50,266 bases of DNA from Catajapyx aquilonaris (Eukaryota): the NCBI GenBank assembly GCA_000934665.2, contig KZ537990.1, positions 124,001 through 174,266 of the forward strand. Direction: 5' to 3'. A program made the position numbers and the translations under genes. The notes below the pieces were generated by a model. The model did no database searches, was not told the origin of the DNA, and saw only the letters and a program-made list of their open reading frames with translations. This document shows positions 1 to 12,509 of this stretch, piece after piece (position 1 is the first letter of the stretch; each line of letters begins with the position of its first letter).

Positions 1-300
1 AAGCATTTTCTGTCGCAAAAATTAGCAGAAAATTGTTTAGACTATTAGTTGCTTATTTTAGTTTGATTACATAATTATGCCAGATTGTACAATGATGCTA
101 TTACACTTTATATGTGTTACATGACTCACTGCGTATCCACAAATCACTCGCACTGATCACACCCCCGCACAGAACTTACCAGGTAATGCAAAGAAGAGAT
201 GTGCCCGACCAGGCAAAAAAAAGGTGTCCTAGCCAGTAACCCGGGCAAGTACTGACTGGTCTTACCAGTACAATCGGGTCACCCATCCCAGTTCCCTCGG

Positions 301-421
301 CCTCAACCTGTGATTGGACCACAAGCCAAAACACGTGATCATCTCAGGACCAATCACCACTTGAAACCGGATCAGTATGTCCTAAAATATAGCCCCAGCT
401 CCTTCCCCTCCACAGGTAAGT
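301..421 (+). promoter_or_regulatory. Candidate Pol II promoter with short first exon, or recursive splice site (CCAAT x2, E-box, Inr-like TCAGT, then CAG|GTAAGT)
   Basis: GATTGG at ~312, CACGTG at 332-337, CCAAT at ~349, TCAGT at 372-376, then pyrimidine tract CTCCTTCCCCTCCACAG immediately followed by a consensus donor GTAAGT at 416-421. Confidence 0.35.
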
Positions 422-2310
422 TTAGCCCTCTGGCACATCCTCTACAAATGGACACCCCGGGCAAAAAGACAGCCTTTGCACTGAGCAAATACCGGTACCA
501 ACTTTGGAACGCGTCCCAGAACGATGGTAACAGTACTCTTTGAAATGATCCTTTCAAATAATATGAACCATTCATATCAAGTTCAAAATGGTAGGCGCAA
601 TTATTTTAAAAATGGATATCATCTGAAGACATCTTGGCACCAACTAGGGAGATTTATGTGCCCAAATTAACAGTGGCGATGGGCCCACGTTGCAGGTTTT
701 GCAGCTGACACCTACTTGGGAAGTGGCCAAGACTTCTGGATGGGAGGCTGTTAGGGAGAACAGCTGTAATGCTCTCTGGTTGTTATTTCACTCTTAATTT
801 GCGAATAGAAGTGCTTGGGAAAAGGGTTTAAATAATTGCAGGCTGATGAGTTCAGGTACAATTAATCAAGGTGTGGACATGAATCTTCACTTGGTTCATA
901 TAGTCGCCCTATCTCTTGTCATTGTTATATAAATGTGCTGACATCCCTGACTCATTGATTTGCTCCAGACTTCACACTGCCGGAGTTGTGTGTGACAAAC
1001 TTCTTCTGCACTGCAATGCAACAATGCAAATTGCTGCCACACTACTCTCAGCAAAGGCTTAAGATTGCAATTTTCTATCCAGTTCACAACATTTTGTATA
1101 CACTGTCACGTGCCAATTATTATGACACTATAATAATAGTTGACAGGATTATTAGAGAGGTAGTGTGAAAATATGCAGGTCATGTCATCCGTACAATAGT
1201 TTCCTTGATTCCAGACGCGTTTTGGATTGGTGCCGAATAATTTTTCCTCCAGCATCCTTTTGCCTGGCATTTTCACCACACCTGATCTTAGCAACTGGTG
1301 ACCTTAAAAAAAAAAAGGCCCCCACATTTTCTATTAATACATCTGGACAATTACAGCATTGTGGGTTCTCAGAACTCGGCAGTTATTTTTTTTGTCAACT
1401 TTCTTTCTCCTCGGGCGAAGTAAATATAACACTAATATTATTGACACTTCAGCGACTTCACCTTATTATTTCCTATCGCATGATACCGAAGCCGCATTGG
1501 TATATCATCCGCTCCCTTTGATATCTTTTTTTCTCACAGAAAAAAAAGTTAAGCTTCTTTTCTGCAAATTAACCTTTGACATTTGGAGCCAATAAAAATG
1601 TAGAAGTGACGCACAAGTTTGGCAACTGGCAAACTAATCGGCTATTTCTTTAGGCTTCCGAGTTTATTTTTCGCCAAACAGCAAACTGCACAATGCGCAG
1701 AAAAATATTTCATTTCCGGCTTCCAACTTAGTAGTCCCGAATGCAATTTAAAAATGGTGCATTCAACCTTATGCAACAGTCCGGAATATTCTGGCTCCCC
1801 CCAAAACACTTCAACCCCCGCCATCTCTCCGCAAGAATCCGAGTTCAAACTTGGCCCACCCAAAAATAGATCAGGGTGCATTCTCCGCAAATACATTTCG
1901 CCCTCTCTAGTGTCAGCTATCTTTCACCCTCACTTTGCCACGCATTCTTGACCCGATCAGTGCAAAAAAGGGCGTGGATTACACATTACGAATAATATAT
2001 TTTATTAGACATTTTGAGATAAGCGTGGTTTTAAAGTAACACTCAATGTTTGTTACATCAATGATTATTCCTTCATTGATATCATTGCGCAGTGTCGAAT
2101 TACAAGTCATATATTTTATAGTAGTAATATCTTGCATGAATTATTGCGATCATAAAATTGTCATTCCTTGCCATATTTTAACTACTGTTTTCGTAGGAAG
2201 ATATCAATGAAAGTTAATTTATTACGTGCCCGTTGCGTAATACATAAAAATATCCAGTTCACGCTCATATTTCAAAATGTCTCCTCTTTATGAGCATACT
2301 GTAAATAAAG

Positions 2311-2477
2311 CTTATATATAAAGGGGGATGTTTGTCGGTATGTCCCATTACCTTTCCTCCCCACAACCCCTTCGTCCCCCCTACCGCCCGAAGTACCATA
2401 GCAACTTCTACCATAATTAAATGTATTATTGTAATTAATTCTTCAATTCCCGTGTGAAGAACGGATATACTGCTAGT
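2311..2477 (+). mobile_element. Short non-autonomous Helitron-like element
   Basis: 5' TATATATAAAG..GTTTGTC; 3' small hairpin CCGTGTGAAGAACGG (2450-2464) followed by CTAGT (2473-2477), the typical Helitron 3' end. Confidence 0.55.
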
Positions 2478-2834
2478 AAATAAATAAATAAATAAAATAA
2501 TGGCAGTTTCTTGCTAAAAAAATAACACTCCAGTCACTTAATTCTGCATGAAACCATATTTGAAGTAATAAGCAATCAAACCCAGTGTGTCAAGTCCACA
2601 AACGTTGTCGTCATCATTCTGATTGTAACTGCAATTACCTATACCAACCCACATAAATTATGCATCCTAATCTGAATAAAGTAAGCAGAACCAATGCCTC
2701 TCATCACACGTGCAGTACCAGCATAATGTCAGGTCGTTCACACCAGCAAAGCGTGGGCGGGGAAGCAATAAAAACTAGGGCATTCGGTCAGATTGGTATG
2801 GATCACCATGAATGGACCAGATGAAAACGTTTTT

Positions 2835-2856
2835 TCTCTCTCTCTCTCTCTCTCTC
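2835..2856. repeat. (CT)n microsatellite
   Basis: Pure TC dinucleotide run. Confidence 0.95.
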
Positions 2857-3219
2857 TTCTTTCTTCTATCTTTTCTCTTCACCTTCAAACTGCGTGGGAG
2901 TCTTGAGAGAGAAGCTACAGTCTGAGGCCATTGGACTGATCCGAAAACTGGGTCAAGAGCAGGCCTGAAATTATCCTCTCCCAGCAGCGACTCCATTATC
3001 TCTAAACCTCCCAACCTCCTCCCCCACCTCTCTTCTATTCAACAAGCGAGGCTTGGCCGTACGTCATTCATGTCTTCGTTACATGCTGTGACGTACACGC
3101 TCAGGTCTACATCCCATGTAGGCCAATTAGTGACCCACATTTACCTCTCCACCATCGGTCAATGCCCCACACGACCTCTTGAACCCACGTCATAGTCGAC
3201 ACCTGTTATTTATTTATTT

Positions 3220-3305
3220 ACTAGCAGTAGAGCCCGTTCTTCGCCATGTAGACTCGTTGCCATGGACAAACCAGCAAACAAACTTTGCCTCTTATGTATG
3301 TATAT
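3220..3305 (-). mobile_element. Second short Helitron-like element of the same family, opposite orientation
   Basis: Minus strand reads ATATACATACATAAGAGG..GTTTGTTTG...GAAGAACGGGCTCTACTGCTAGT, sharing the GAAGAACGG..TACTGCTAGT end and the (TAAA)3 flank with the 2311-2477 copy. Confidence 0.5.
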
Positions 3306-3809
3306 TTATTGCGCAGCTATATGTGAGGTTGCCCCTGAGTTTTAGGCATTCTGTTGTACAAGAGAGGCGCATAGGTTAGCGGCCTGCCAGGATGAACTAG
3401 AAACTGCAACATATTGAGCACATAATATTACATTGTTTACACAGTATTTATCATAACATAATGATGACATAAATGGCCTGCATGTGACGGACATTATTAA
3501 TTACAGGCTTGATCCACTGCCTTCATCTTCAGTTAGGAGTAAGTTCTGGATTGTTCAATCTAGCAACCAGAACCTAGCAAACCAGTTTCGACTTTCTTGT
3601 CCAACTGGTTGCTGGAGTAAACAATCCACAACCCTGACCCCTTCTCTTGGGCTGGTCGTTGCACCTGAACTAAAAAAAAAGACGCGTCTAAAAATTCAGA
3701 TGGTAGACAACAATGTATGTGACGACTGGTAGGGGTAAGGGAGGTGTTTGTCGTCGATGGTGGTGGGGTGTTTCATTCACCTGGAAGGAGATGGAATGAA
3801 GGGTGGAGT

Positions 3810-4200
3810 GAAATGTCGACGTCACTTAGAAATCCCAATTTACGTGCGATGGTTGGAGTTGACGCACTTTCCTAGTTTGAGAGAGAGAGAAGGGGGGCCA
3901 TTGGCCCCTGTGATTTACGCTCCAAATATGGGGCAAGTGTGACGTCAAAGTCAGAACCGCACCCCCCTTGATGCACACAGGTAAAAAAAAGGGGGGGGGG
4001 GGTAGAGAACGGTGAATGAATTTCGCATTTCCTCTAAAATAGGTCGAGAGCAACTTTGGGATTTGGGAGGGGCCAACGAACTGACGGGTTTATACAGTAC
4101 GGGNCCCGCGCGCTCCAACTGTATTTACAGGCAGAGCGCAGAGGGGCGCAGGCTTTTGATCAAAGTTCGTCGGGGGAAGGGCTGACGTCATGCCGGGGTT
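3810..4200. promoter_or_regulatory. Enhancer-like module: CArG box plus CREs
   Basis: CCAAATATGG (CArG, 3922-3931), TGACGTCA at 3940 and 4183, CGACGTCA at ~3817, CCAAT motifs. Confidence 0.5.
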
Positions 4201-4399
4201 TTAATGGACCATTGCTCAAATTATTCATTCACGAGACTAACGCGGTGATATATTTTTTTTGCAGTTCGGATTGTATGAAATATTGCGTAGGTTAATGCGG
4301 GTGCCATAATTTGTAATGACTATTTTAAAGTGTGGTAGATATTATTAGCAGTACTCTGACGGTATAGCGATTAGTGATGAATATTCCTTGGCTCATACA

Positions 4400-4830
4400 T
4401 TTCGGTTATTTGATATAATAATTACGGTTTTCTAGAGAAAAGTTTGGAAAAAATTGATTCCATAAGTTACTTAAATCTCGACTAATAATTCCAGAGTGAC
4501 TCTGATCGTTCTGCAGATTTTCAAATAAAATTATCATCTTGCTTACAGTTATTTGCAATAATAATTAGTTTTACATAGAAAAGTTTGGATTTTTTTTATA
4601 TAAATTAGGCTACATAAGCTGTCGTATATCGAAATAAGTCTCGAGTGACTCTGATCGTTCTGCAGATTTCCAAATACATTATCACCTTCTCTACAGTTTA
4701 TTTGATATAATAAATACAGGAAAAGTTTGGAAAAAAATAAATGACACAATAAGTGACTTCTTCAAGCTGTTCTATCTCGAAATAATTCCAGAGTGACTAT
4801 GATCGTTCTGTAGTTTTTTTTCAAATAAAT
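4400..4830 (+). repeat. Degenerate tandem repeat, ~150 bp unit, ~3 copies
   Basis: GAGTGACT(C/A)TGATCGTTCTG recurs at ~4494, ~4643 and ~4791; GAAAAGTTTGGA recurs at ~4437, ~4577 and ~4720. Confidence 0.85.
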
Positions 4831-6169
4831 TATTGCGCAGGCACATAGATCCGTGTAATTATTTTGTCGTCGCTTAATCACGATCTAGTCGTATAACCAG
4901 AATCGATACTTTGCCAGATCGTTATCTCACACATAATAAAGATGAAGGTCAATGGGAAGTTCACTGACGTCAATACGGTTCTTTCCAATTACATAAGTAC
5001 AAGTTATAAACTAACTTTGCACTCTGCAAAAAAATGGAGGGGGGGGGGAGGGAGATTAACATAAAACTGTCCTCAACATACGAGTTAAATCGCTCGACTT
5101 CACTAACGCTGATCACATGACCAATATCATTTCATCATCTCTTTTCGGCAACTGTGCCGCATCCCTTCAAAGTGTCGGTCTCCAGCTCGCTTCATATATT
5201 TTTCACATTGATGATGAGGCGTAAGAGATACGCCCCAGCATCATCGCCGCATATACGCCATGACTCCAATCTCCAAAGGGCACGTGGAAAGGATAAAAGA
5301 CCTCGAAATTAAACCTCCGGGGAGGGGGGGAAAAAAATAGAAAATAAAAATCCGCAGTTTCTCGTTAATGGCACGTGGATCAGATAATCTGCAACGAGTT
5401 TTGCAATTGACCTGCTTTCCATGTAAGTACGGTGGGGGGAAATAGAAAATATTTCCTAATAAAGGCATACCTGCACCTGGGAGATTCACACTCCAGTGAG
5501 TTACAGTCAGAGTTCTCTTCACGTGTATAACCCCCGCCACTTTCCCCTCCCACACCCCCATTTTCGAGGTGTTTTTCAGATCTTCCAAGGCATATATAGC
5601 ACGTGTCGTCTATTCTCGGTTAGTGCTAAGTATTTATAGCCAGTTATATAACACATTTAGATAATACAAGTCAGCGTCAGACTCTGCTCCCCTCTAAAAA
5701 TGCAGCTTAAAAATTTCAGTAAAAATTTATGTAAAATTGGTCAATTTGGCAAAAGCTCAGGTCATAATATACGATGATATACGATGCAAAAAAGTTAAAT
5801 ATGGGGCAATTTGATAAACAATGATTTAAAATAAATATTGCATATTAAACGTTAAAAAGTAGACAATTTATATGGGCTGATCTTACTAAGGAGCCTGGGG
5901 TAAATATTCATTTTAAGAGTGGGCCATCTCTGGCTTCGTTTCGGGTGGGAATATCCGCTAGACTAACCCACCCAGGGGAGTTCACAAAATGACAATATAA
6001 CGACATTGCACTTGCACTTCGCACATCTCCTCCTAATTACCCTTGGAGCAATTAGAAATACGTATATGTATCGCTCCAAACCACAAATGGTGGTAACCCA
6101 CCCCCCTAGAAATGGCCTATCGGCCAGATAACGGGTACAGGAAAAAATATATATATATTCATTTTAAGA

Positions 6170-6228
6170 CAATTGCGGAAATTAGTGGCACAGTTACTTA
6201 TTAATTGTGCCACTAATTTCCGCAATTG
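6170..6228. repeat. Perfect 23-bp inverted repeat with 13-nt loop
   Basis: CAATTGCGGAAATTAGTGGCACA (6170-6192) and its exact reverse complement (6206-6228); a diverged copy of the right arm lies at ~6411-6443. Confidence 0.9.
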
Positions 6229-6799
6229 AGCCAATAACGACTTCGCACTTTGGAAAAAATATATATCGCTAATTTTTCAAGTGCGTCTCAAGTTCAAGTT
6301 TCTATGGGCTCGTCTTATACTTAGCCAAAATTAATTAGAATTAAAATTAAAAGTTTTGAAAGTCCTTGAAGTAATAAAATTGTGCCAGGTGGCTTTCAAC
6401 TGTTAAAATTATTAATTGTCCCACTAATTTCCGCAAATTGAGCAACTTTGGGAAAAATATCGCCAATTTTTTAAAAGGCTCCAATTGTTGTCCAGCATCA
6501 TTGTTACGCAAGACGCACTGGGGGGGGGGGGGGGATTTTAAAGGCAAAAGAAACACCCCNGGGGGGGGAATTTAAAGGTCAAAGCAACACACCCGATTTG
6601 AGAGTCCAAGTCTTCCCAATTCTGGATGCCCGGGTCAGTTCTGGCCCCCTTCCCAAAAAAAAACAAAAAAAAAGTATATGGGGAGGGGTGGGTGAGGACA
6701 TGTGAGGGGGTAAGGGCGGTGGGAATTTGACCCCTACAACGTGCGCAAGTACAGGGTAGGGGGGGCAAAGGGGGGGGGGGGGTGATATTGTCGAAAAAG

Positions 6800-7800
6800 A
6801 GGACGAGGGAATCCCTGGTTGATGTCGTCATGACGTCAGAGGGGTAGCTGAAAAAATGCACCCGCGCGCGAGGGAACGTCAATATTCGGGGAGGGCCCAG
6901 GGCTCTCCAAAACATTCGCCTACCCCCCCAAAAAAAAATTCTGCAAATATATATATTTCAAAAAAATAGGTATGAAACTGGTATGAAATTTATGTAAAAA
7001 ACTAGATTCTGCGCAATGGCTTATCCGATTTATTAGGGACGCGTCACAAACCCCTCCTTGCGGCCACGGCAGGAAATTTCGTCAGACCCCTCCCCCTAAC
7101 TCATGACGTCACTCCCGGCGGTGCGTGTGACATTTGGACGCCTATCTAAGCAACAACCTTGGCATCAATATGGGGGGGACCTCCATAAAATGTTATACCC
7201 TGGCCCAGGTAATGTGCATTTCGGGTTCGGACCTCAAGTTGGAAGGGTCGTCTCTGATGAGCTGTGGAGGGGGGCCTTTCACCTGTGGGACGACTGGTGA
7301 TTGGTGAATGGAGAGTTGTGAGCACGTGGATGGGTCAGTGACGTCACGTTGGTGCTGCCGTCTGGTGGTGAGTAACGTTTATTTTTTTGGTGATTGGCGG
7401 GCGTTGTTCAGAGATGTGTGTGACTTATCATTTTTAAATTGTTCCTAATTTCGTATACCTTGGGCCCAATTTTCGTCCCACTGCTAGTTACTTCTAACTT
7501 AGCACCGTGCTAATAAGTTAGCAGTAACTAGCAGTGGGCGGAAAATTCCATACATTGTGTTTAATCTCAAGTTATATGCAGTGTTTGAGCGTTATAACGT
7601 CTCTGTATTCAACTCGGGGTGTTTATATGACGTTTAGTGACTTTACCGTGACTAAATGTGAAGCGTTTAAAGTTAGACACCGTCTCTGAATTCATGCCTG
7701 TTTAATAGATTCAACTAATGCTACCTTTAAAAAAAATAATTAACCAGTGATTGACTATACCGTCAGCTGCGCAAAGGATCTTACACCAATGACGTCAAGT
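6800..7800. promoter_or_regulatory. CRE-rich enhancer/promoter module
   Basis: TGACGTCA at 6831, 7104, 7339 and 7790; GCACGTGGA at 7322; ATTGG motifs; CTCF-like site at 7353-7368; donor-like GTG|GTGAGT at 7368. Confidence 0.55.
7468..7547. mobile_element. Small palindromic MITE-like element (family copy 1)
   Basis: AATTTTCGTCCCACTGCTAGTTACT...AGTAACTAGCAGTGGGCGGAAAATT foldback; related copy at 22946-23011. Confidence 0.7.
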
Positions 7801-9299
7801 TTTACCGCCTGTTTTTTTTTTTTTTGCTCCAGAGGTAAAACCGGGCGCATGTTTTCTTTGGGGTGCAGCAACAGCGGCGTGGTGTCAAGTTAACGTACTT
7901 TATGGGCGAGGTGACATTGAAAACGGCCTGTTGATCCTGAAGGCGTGCCTCATCATTAGAGGGTCATTTTTCGGGGTGGATAAAGGTGACTTTGCAACGT
8001 ATTGTGATTAGGTCGCGAGAAAGGAAGGGTGACTTTGAAATTTTACTCTCTGTTTTTTTGGGAGCCTATGCTGCGGTGTGGTTTAGTAGACGCACTGCAG
8101 GTGCAATCATCCTGGAATTATAGGTTCATATGCGTGGAACCAAATATAATTCAGACGATAATTATAAATTGGGATCAAAACTAACCGAGCAATGATATTA
8201 AACCTTGCTTTTAAAGTTAAATGTTCAGCCAAGTTACAGAGCAAGTCAACAGGACTGGACAATGCAAATGTTAATATGCTCCAGATCTTAGATTCCAAAA
8301 AGGGTCTTGGTACTTAAATTATGTTTAATGAGTATTTTATTATGACGCAATCAAACCAGCAGCACAACGCCAACTAAAACATTTGAAAATAATAACATTT
8401 TATAGTAGAGAATCCATAATGTTCCTAAATTTTTTTGAAGTGACGTAAGATATAATAGATAATATTTAGTGAAGGTTTCTGCTTAAAAAGTGAAAGGCAG
8501 TTCTTTCATACGTTATTTTGAAATTGCGAATATTACTGTTTAAAATATTTATGTTTAGAAGGTTTTTGTTCAGTTTGATACTACAGATCACCGATCGGGA
8601 ATATTGTTAATTTTTTTACTTTTTATTTATCGCTGAAATAACATGCCTTAAATGACAAAAGTAACATTTGTATGAACTCTTAATTGTTGTTTGTTTTCAT
8701 TTTTTTGAAAATTCGCAATAATTATGTGACTGTTCCCTAATTCGTCTTGATTGATTATTTCACTGCAAATTTTGTTACATTAGTATCGAGTAAACTTAGT
8801 CAATTGTTGACTCGATCTCTGAGTGGTTTTCGCGAAATATGAAAACGCCACATTTTGAGAATACTCTTAATAAGAAAAAATCTGGCTTAATTGACATTAG
8901 CACTACAGAAGATGACAACCGAAATTTTTGGACATCCCTTCCACTCGCACAACTGAAGTTAGCAGTCTTTTTTAACCTTGAATCTTGGGATTTCTTGTCG
9001 GTTCCAACCCCTCACCCTCCTGAACCAACCCCCCCCCCCCNNNNNNNNNNNNNNNNNNNNNNNNNNNNNNCCCCCCCCCTCTCCACAAAAAAAATCCATC
9101 TAATCCCACATATGCATATGCAAATTAGATATCACAAGTGCTGGGCAACTCGACTGGAAATTCTAATTATTTCACGACCACGAGCCTTCTTCTTCATCAC
9201 ATGGCATCTGATCGAATCCTATAAATAATGCGAATACTTTTTTTCTAAAAATTGTCAGATCAATATAAGAAGCGCCATGCTGTTCGCGGGTACTAAAAA

Positions 9300-9720
9300 T
9301 ACTTTGGAGAGACGTCAGGGGTAGGCTACCCAGCACAGTATTCTTGGGCCCTCACCAGCTGACTCCAAAATATATATATTAAAAAATCGTACATTACCCG
9401 CCATGTACCCAACTTGTTGAAGAGACCACGTTGCCATATGACAGGTATGCACTGACGTCACTCAAAACTGGGTCAAAAAGGGGGAACCCCCAAAATGAGG
9501 GATGAGATTTTTTTTATTACTTTTCTTTAGGAAAAAGAGGGGTGGTCCCAAAGTGCATTATGTGCCTCCCTGGAAAACACCAATGGGGAACAAGGCCTGA
9601 GACCCTGAATCGCACGTGGAAATGTGTCAATCAATGTGCTGACGTCAGAGCTGTGTTGGCCAATAGGAGTGGGTCTCCATTCACCCAGGGCGCAGTTGCC
9701 AGAATGGGCCCTTTTAGGTG
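9300..9720. promoter_or_regulatory. CRE/E-box/CCAAT module
   Basis: TGACGTCA at 9453 and 9640, GCACGTGGAAA at 9612, CCAAT at ~9660, AGACGTCA at ~9310. Confidence 0.5.
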
Positions 9721-10420
9721 AGGGAAAAGGGGTGAGGGTAAAGTAGAGGGGGGGTGAAACTCCCATTCAGTTTTCTGCACGGCTCAGACTGTGACTGCAT
9801 TTCGTGAATGGTAGCTGCCCAGACCACAAGTGCTGCGGGAGACATACGGAGACAACCCATGTGAGTTTGACAATATCTCATACTTTCTCAACTTGTGCAA
9901 CTTTGGTGGAAATTATGATATACCCTGTGCTTATCACCACCTCTTCCATTCATGCCCGGGTCTGAGAATGAACCCTGTACTTTACCCCCCCGAATGATCG
10001 GATGCAACCTTGACCCAGTTTCATCCTTCATCGCAACCTGGCAACACTGCTCGCCGCACATGTTTCCCCGCGATAAACTTAACCATCCTTTTCCATTACT
10101 CCTGCCACACCTGGAGCAGCACCCCCTGGTGTCAATTCCTATCTAAAATAACTCTCCCATTGAACTCACCCCCCCATTCATATCAATTCGTTCATTGACC
10201 AATCACCTGTGAGCAGGCAATGTTACAGGTGTGTGTATATTTAGTTACAAGGTCTGTCCTGTACATGAATGTGAGAGACAGGAATCGACCTGACTTCACA
10301 ATGTACACACACGGATTATCGGTAGATCCAGGTGTCGATATTATGCATATCCTATCACATGCTCTACTTTTTTTTAAACGTACGATAGACTCTACCTTGT
10401 ATGACAAACTCGTTTCATAA

Positions 10421-10700
10421 AATAATTGTGTAATAATTTTATGAAACGACTTTGCTAGAAGCATACTCACAGTACATTTCCACCATACCTTATTACACTT
10501 GCCTTTGATCGTCCATTGAACAATTGTGCACAAAATTTTACTTTACTGGCGGTTAACATGTTTTTCTCCCGAGCTCTTCAATATTATTGTGTAATAATTT
10601 TATGAAACCCCTTTCCTAGACGCACACTTTGTACAGTACATTTCCACCATACCTTACAGCTACAGTTGCCTCTGTTCGTCCATCAAAGAATTTGTTCACA
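10421..10700 (+). repeat. Direct repeat, two ~115-bp copies
   Basis: ATTGTGTAATAATTTTATGAAAC...ACAGTACATTTCCACCATACCTTA occurs at ~10425 and again at ~10586. Confidence 0.85.
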
Positions 10701-12256
10701 CACACACAAAAAAAAATCTCAATTTTTTTCTTTCTCCAAATTTCCCGCCCCATTCCGGGCACCCGAAAAACGTGGCGGTCCGGACTCGTGGCCCGGATCA
10801 GCTATGACGTAACCTGCTATGTCATCGACTGCTGCCATGATGGACCTATAGGCCCCTCCCATCTTTTGCACCGCCAAAAAAAAAACCATCCAACAGCATC
10901 AAAACCTGGTTTTTAAGTTTCGAATTCATGACAAACCCTGTGCGGAAAATAATAATAAAAGGACAATCTGTGGTCTGATCACAAAAGTGTCCGTTGATAG
11001 AAAAGGCTTGAACGGGCATGCTTTTCGTGAATGGGGATCATTCAAAAGGTGCGTGCGACTACGACGCGATGCGATCGCAGCCACTCAGATCTGCGGATTT
11101 TTGCTGTAAGACTGAGGGGGTTTCATGTGTCGCAGGCCTGCAGTTTGTGACGCAGTTCATGCCAGGGTTTTATACGATCTTCATTATTTTTAAAACTGAC
11201 GGTTAAGTGCAGGTTAAGCTTGCTTACAATCGGAGATTTTACATCGTTTTGTTCCTATACAACAGGTTGGCGTGGGGATTAAACTGCGGTTAACTCTTAA
11301 CGGACAGTTACCTAGGCGCAGTGTGACTCATACATACGGTACTCGCTTACGGTATTGTGTTTGTGCCTGAAGGTTACTTACCTCGTTTGACAAGGTAGGG
11401 TGAGGTTGCATACATTCGTACAAGTTTAAATTAGTTTGCTGATGTGGCATTTAAACTGCAGTTAGAACAGTTAATAGGCTTGGTGAAACGGGAGCATGCA
11501 TTGTATGTATGTGAGAATTTCATATGAGGTAAGGGTGTCATTAGTAATTGCATGTTGTGTGAGAATAAGGTAAGTCAAACAAGGCCTTCCTGTACTGCGG
11601 AAACATAATGCAAAAGGTGACTTAATAAACATGAACACCCATACATATACATACACACATATTATACATACAACTCTAATATTTGACGTGGAAGACAGGG
11701 ATAAAATAATTCATATGTAATAGATAAAGTACAGTAGAAGAAATAGTGGTGAAGTTGTGTATTTTTTTACCCAACAATAAGTTCAAATTGTTGCCTTTGT
11801 TAATTTGTAGCCTACTAATCACTAATCACTGCGGAATCAGATGGCCTATTCTTTGTGCTTAAAAGCATTATTTGGAAGCCTAGAACCACATACTCATAGA
11901 GATGCAACAAATATGCGAAGCTAGTATCAGGTCTTTGCTACAAAACTGATCTACAAGAACAATGCTTTACTTCAGTGTCATCACCAAAGAAGTTCTAATA
12001 ATAATTACGTTGCAGATTATTGCCTCTCTTATCAGCATAGTATTGTATTTACTTTTGATAACATACGTACAATGAGTCGATTTGGTTTTGGAATATATTC
12101 ATACCTGCACACAATCCGTGATTGTGTCATTGCCTTATTCTTGCATAAATGGTCATTCATGATGCATTATCGCGGTACATTATCACGGTAGTGACACCTC
12201 AACCTGCCCCAGAAACAATTATCAAATAGTCACAGCTTTCCTCAAGTATATAGAGT

Positions 12257-12509
12257 AAGGTGGAATCTATGAGAGAATACAGAGAGTTGCAAAGAAAAAC
12301 TTATAATAATATGGAAAAATAATTTTTGACAGATAGTACCTTATTACAAACCAATAAGTTCGAAGATAATATATACGGGCCTGTATATTTTCTTCGAACT
12401 TATTGGTTTATAATAAGGTACTATCTGCCAAAAATGATTTTCCCATATTGTTATAAGTTTTTATTGCAACTATTAGAACTCTTCTGTATTCTCTCATAGA
12501 TTCCACCTT
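12257..12509. mobile_element. Foldback/MITE-like element, ~250-bp near-perfect palindrome
   Basis: AAGGTGGAATCTATGAGAGAATACAGA...CCAATAAGTTCGAAGA mirrors TCTTCGAACTTATTGG...TCTGTATTCTCTCATAGATTCCACCTT around a centre near 12380. Confidence 0.85.

Noticed and set aside
261..286. Minus-strand ATG GGT GAC CCG ATT GTA CTG|GTAAG as a possible first coding exon of a gene running off the left edge
   Set aside because: Only 7 codons with no homology cue; it cannot be told apart from chance without the flanking sequence.
1012..1030. TGCAATGCAACAATGCA resembling the antisense of miR-33
   Set aside because: Internal deletion relative to miR-33 and no hairpin; low-complexity coincidence.
4400..4830. 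Regularly spaced repeats as a CRISPR-like array
   Set aside because: Eukaryotic context; the intervening sequences are homologous to each other, so it is a degenerate tandem repeat.
7121..7132. GTGCGTGTGACA, a partial match to miR-210-3p, next to a CRE
   Set aside because: It lacks the seed-defining 5' T and the 3' half, and has no complementary arm, so it is not a second mir-210.
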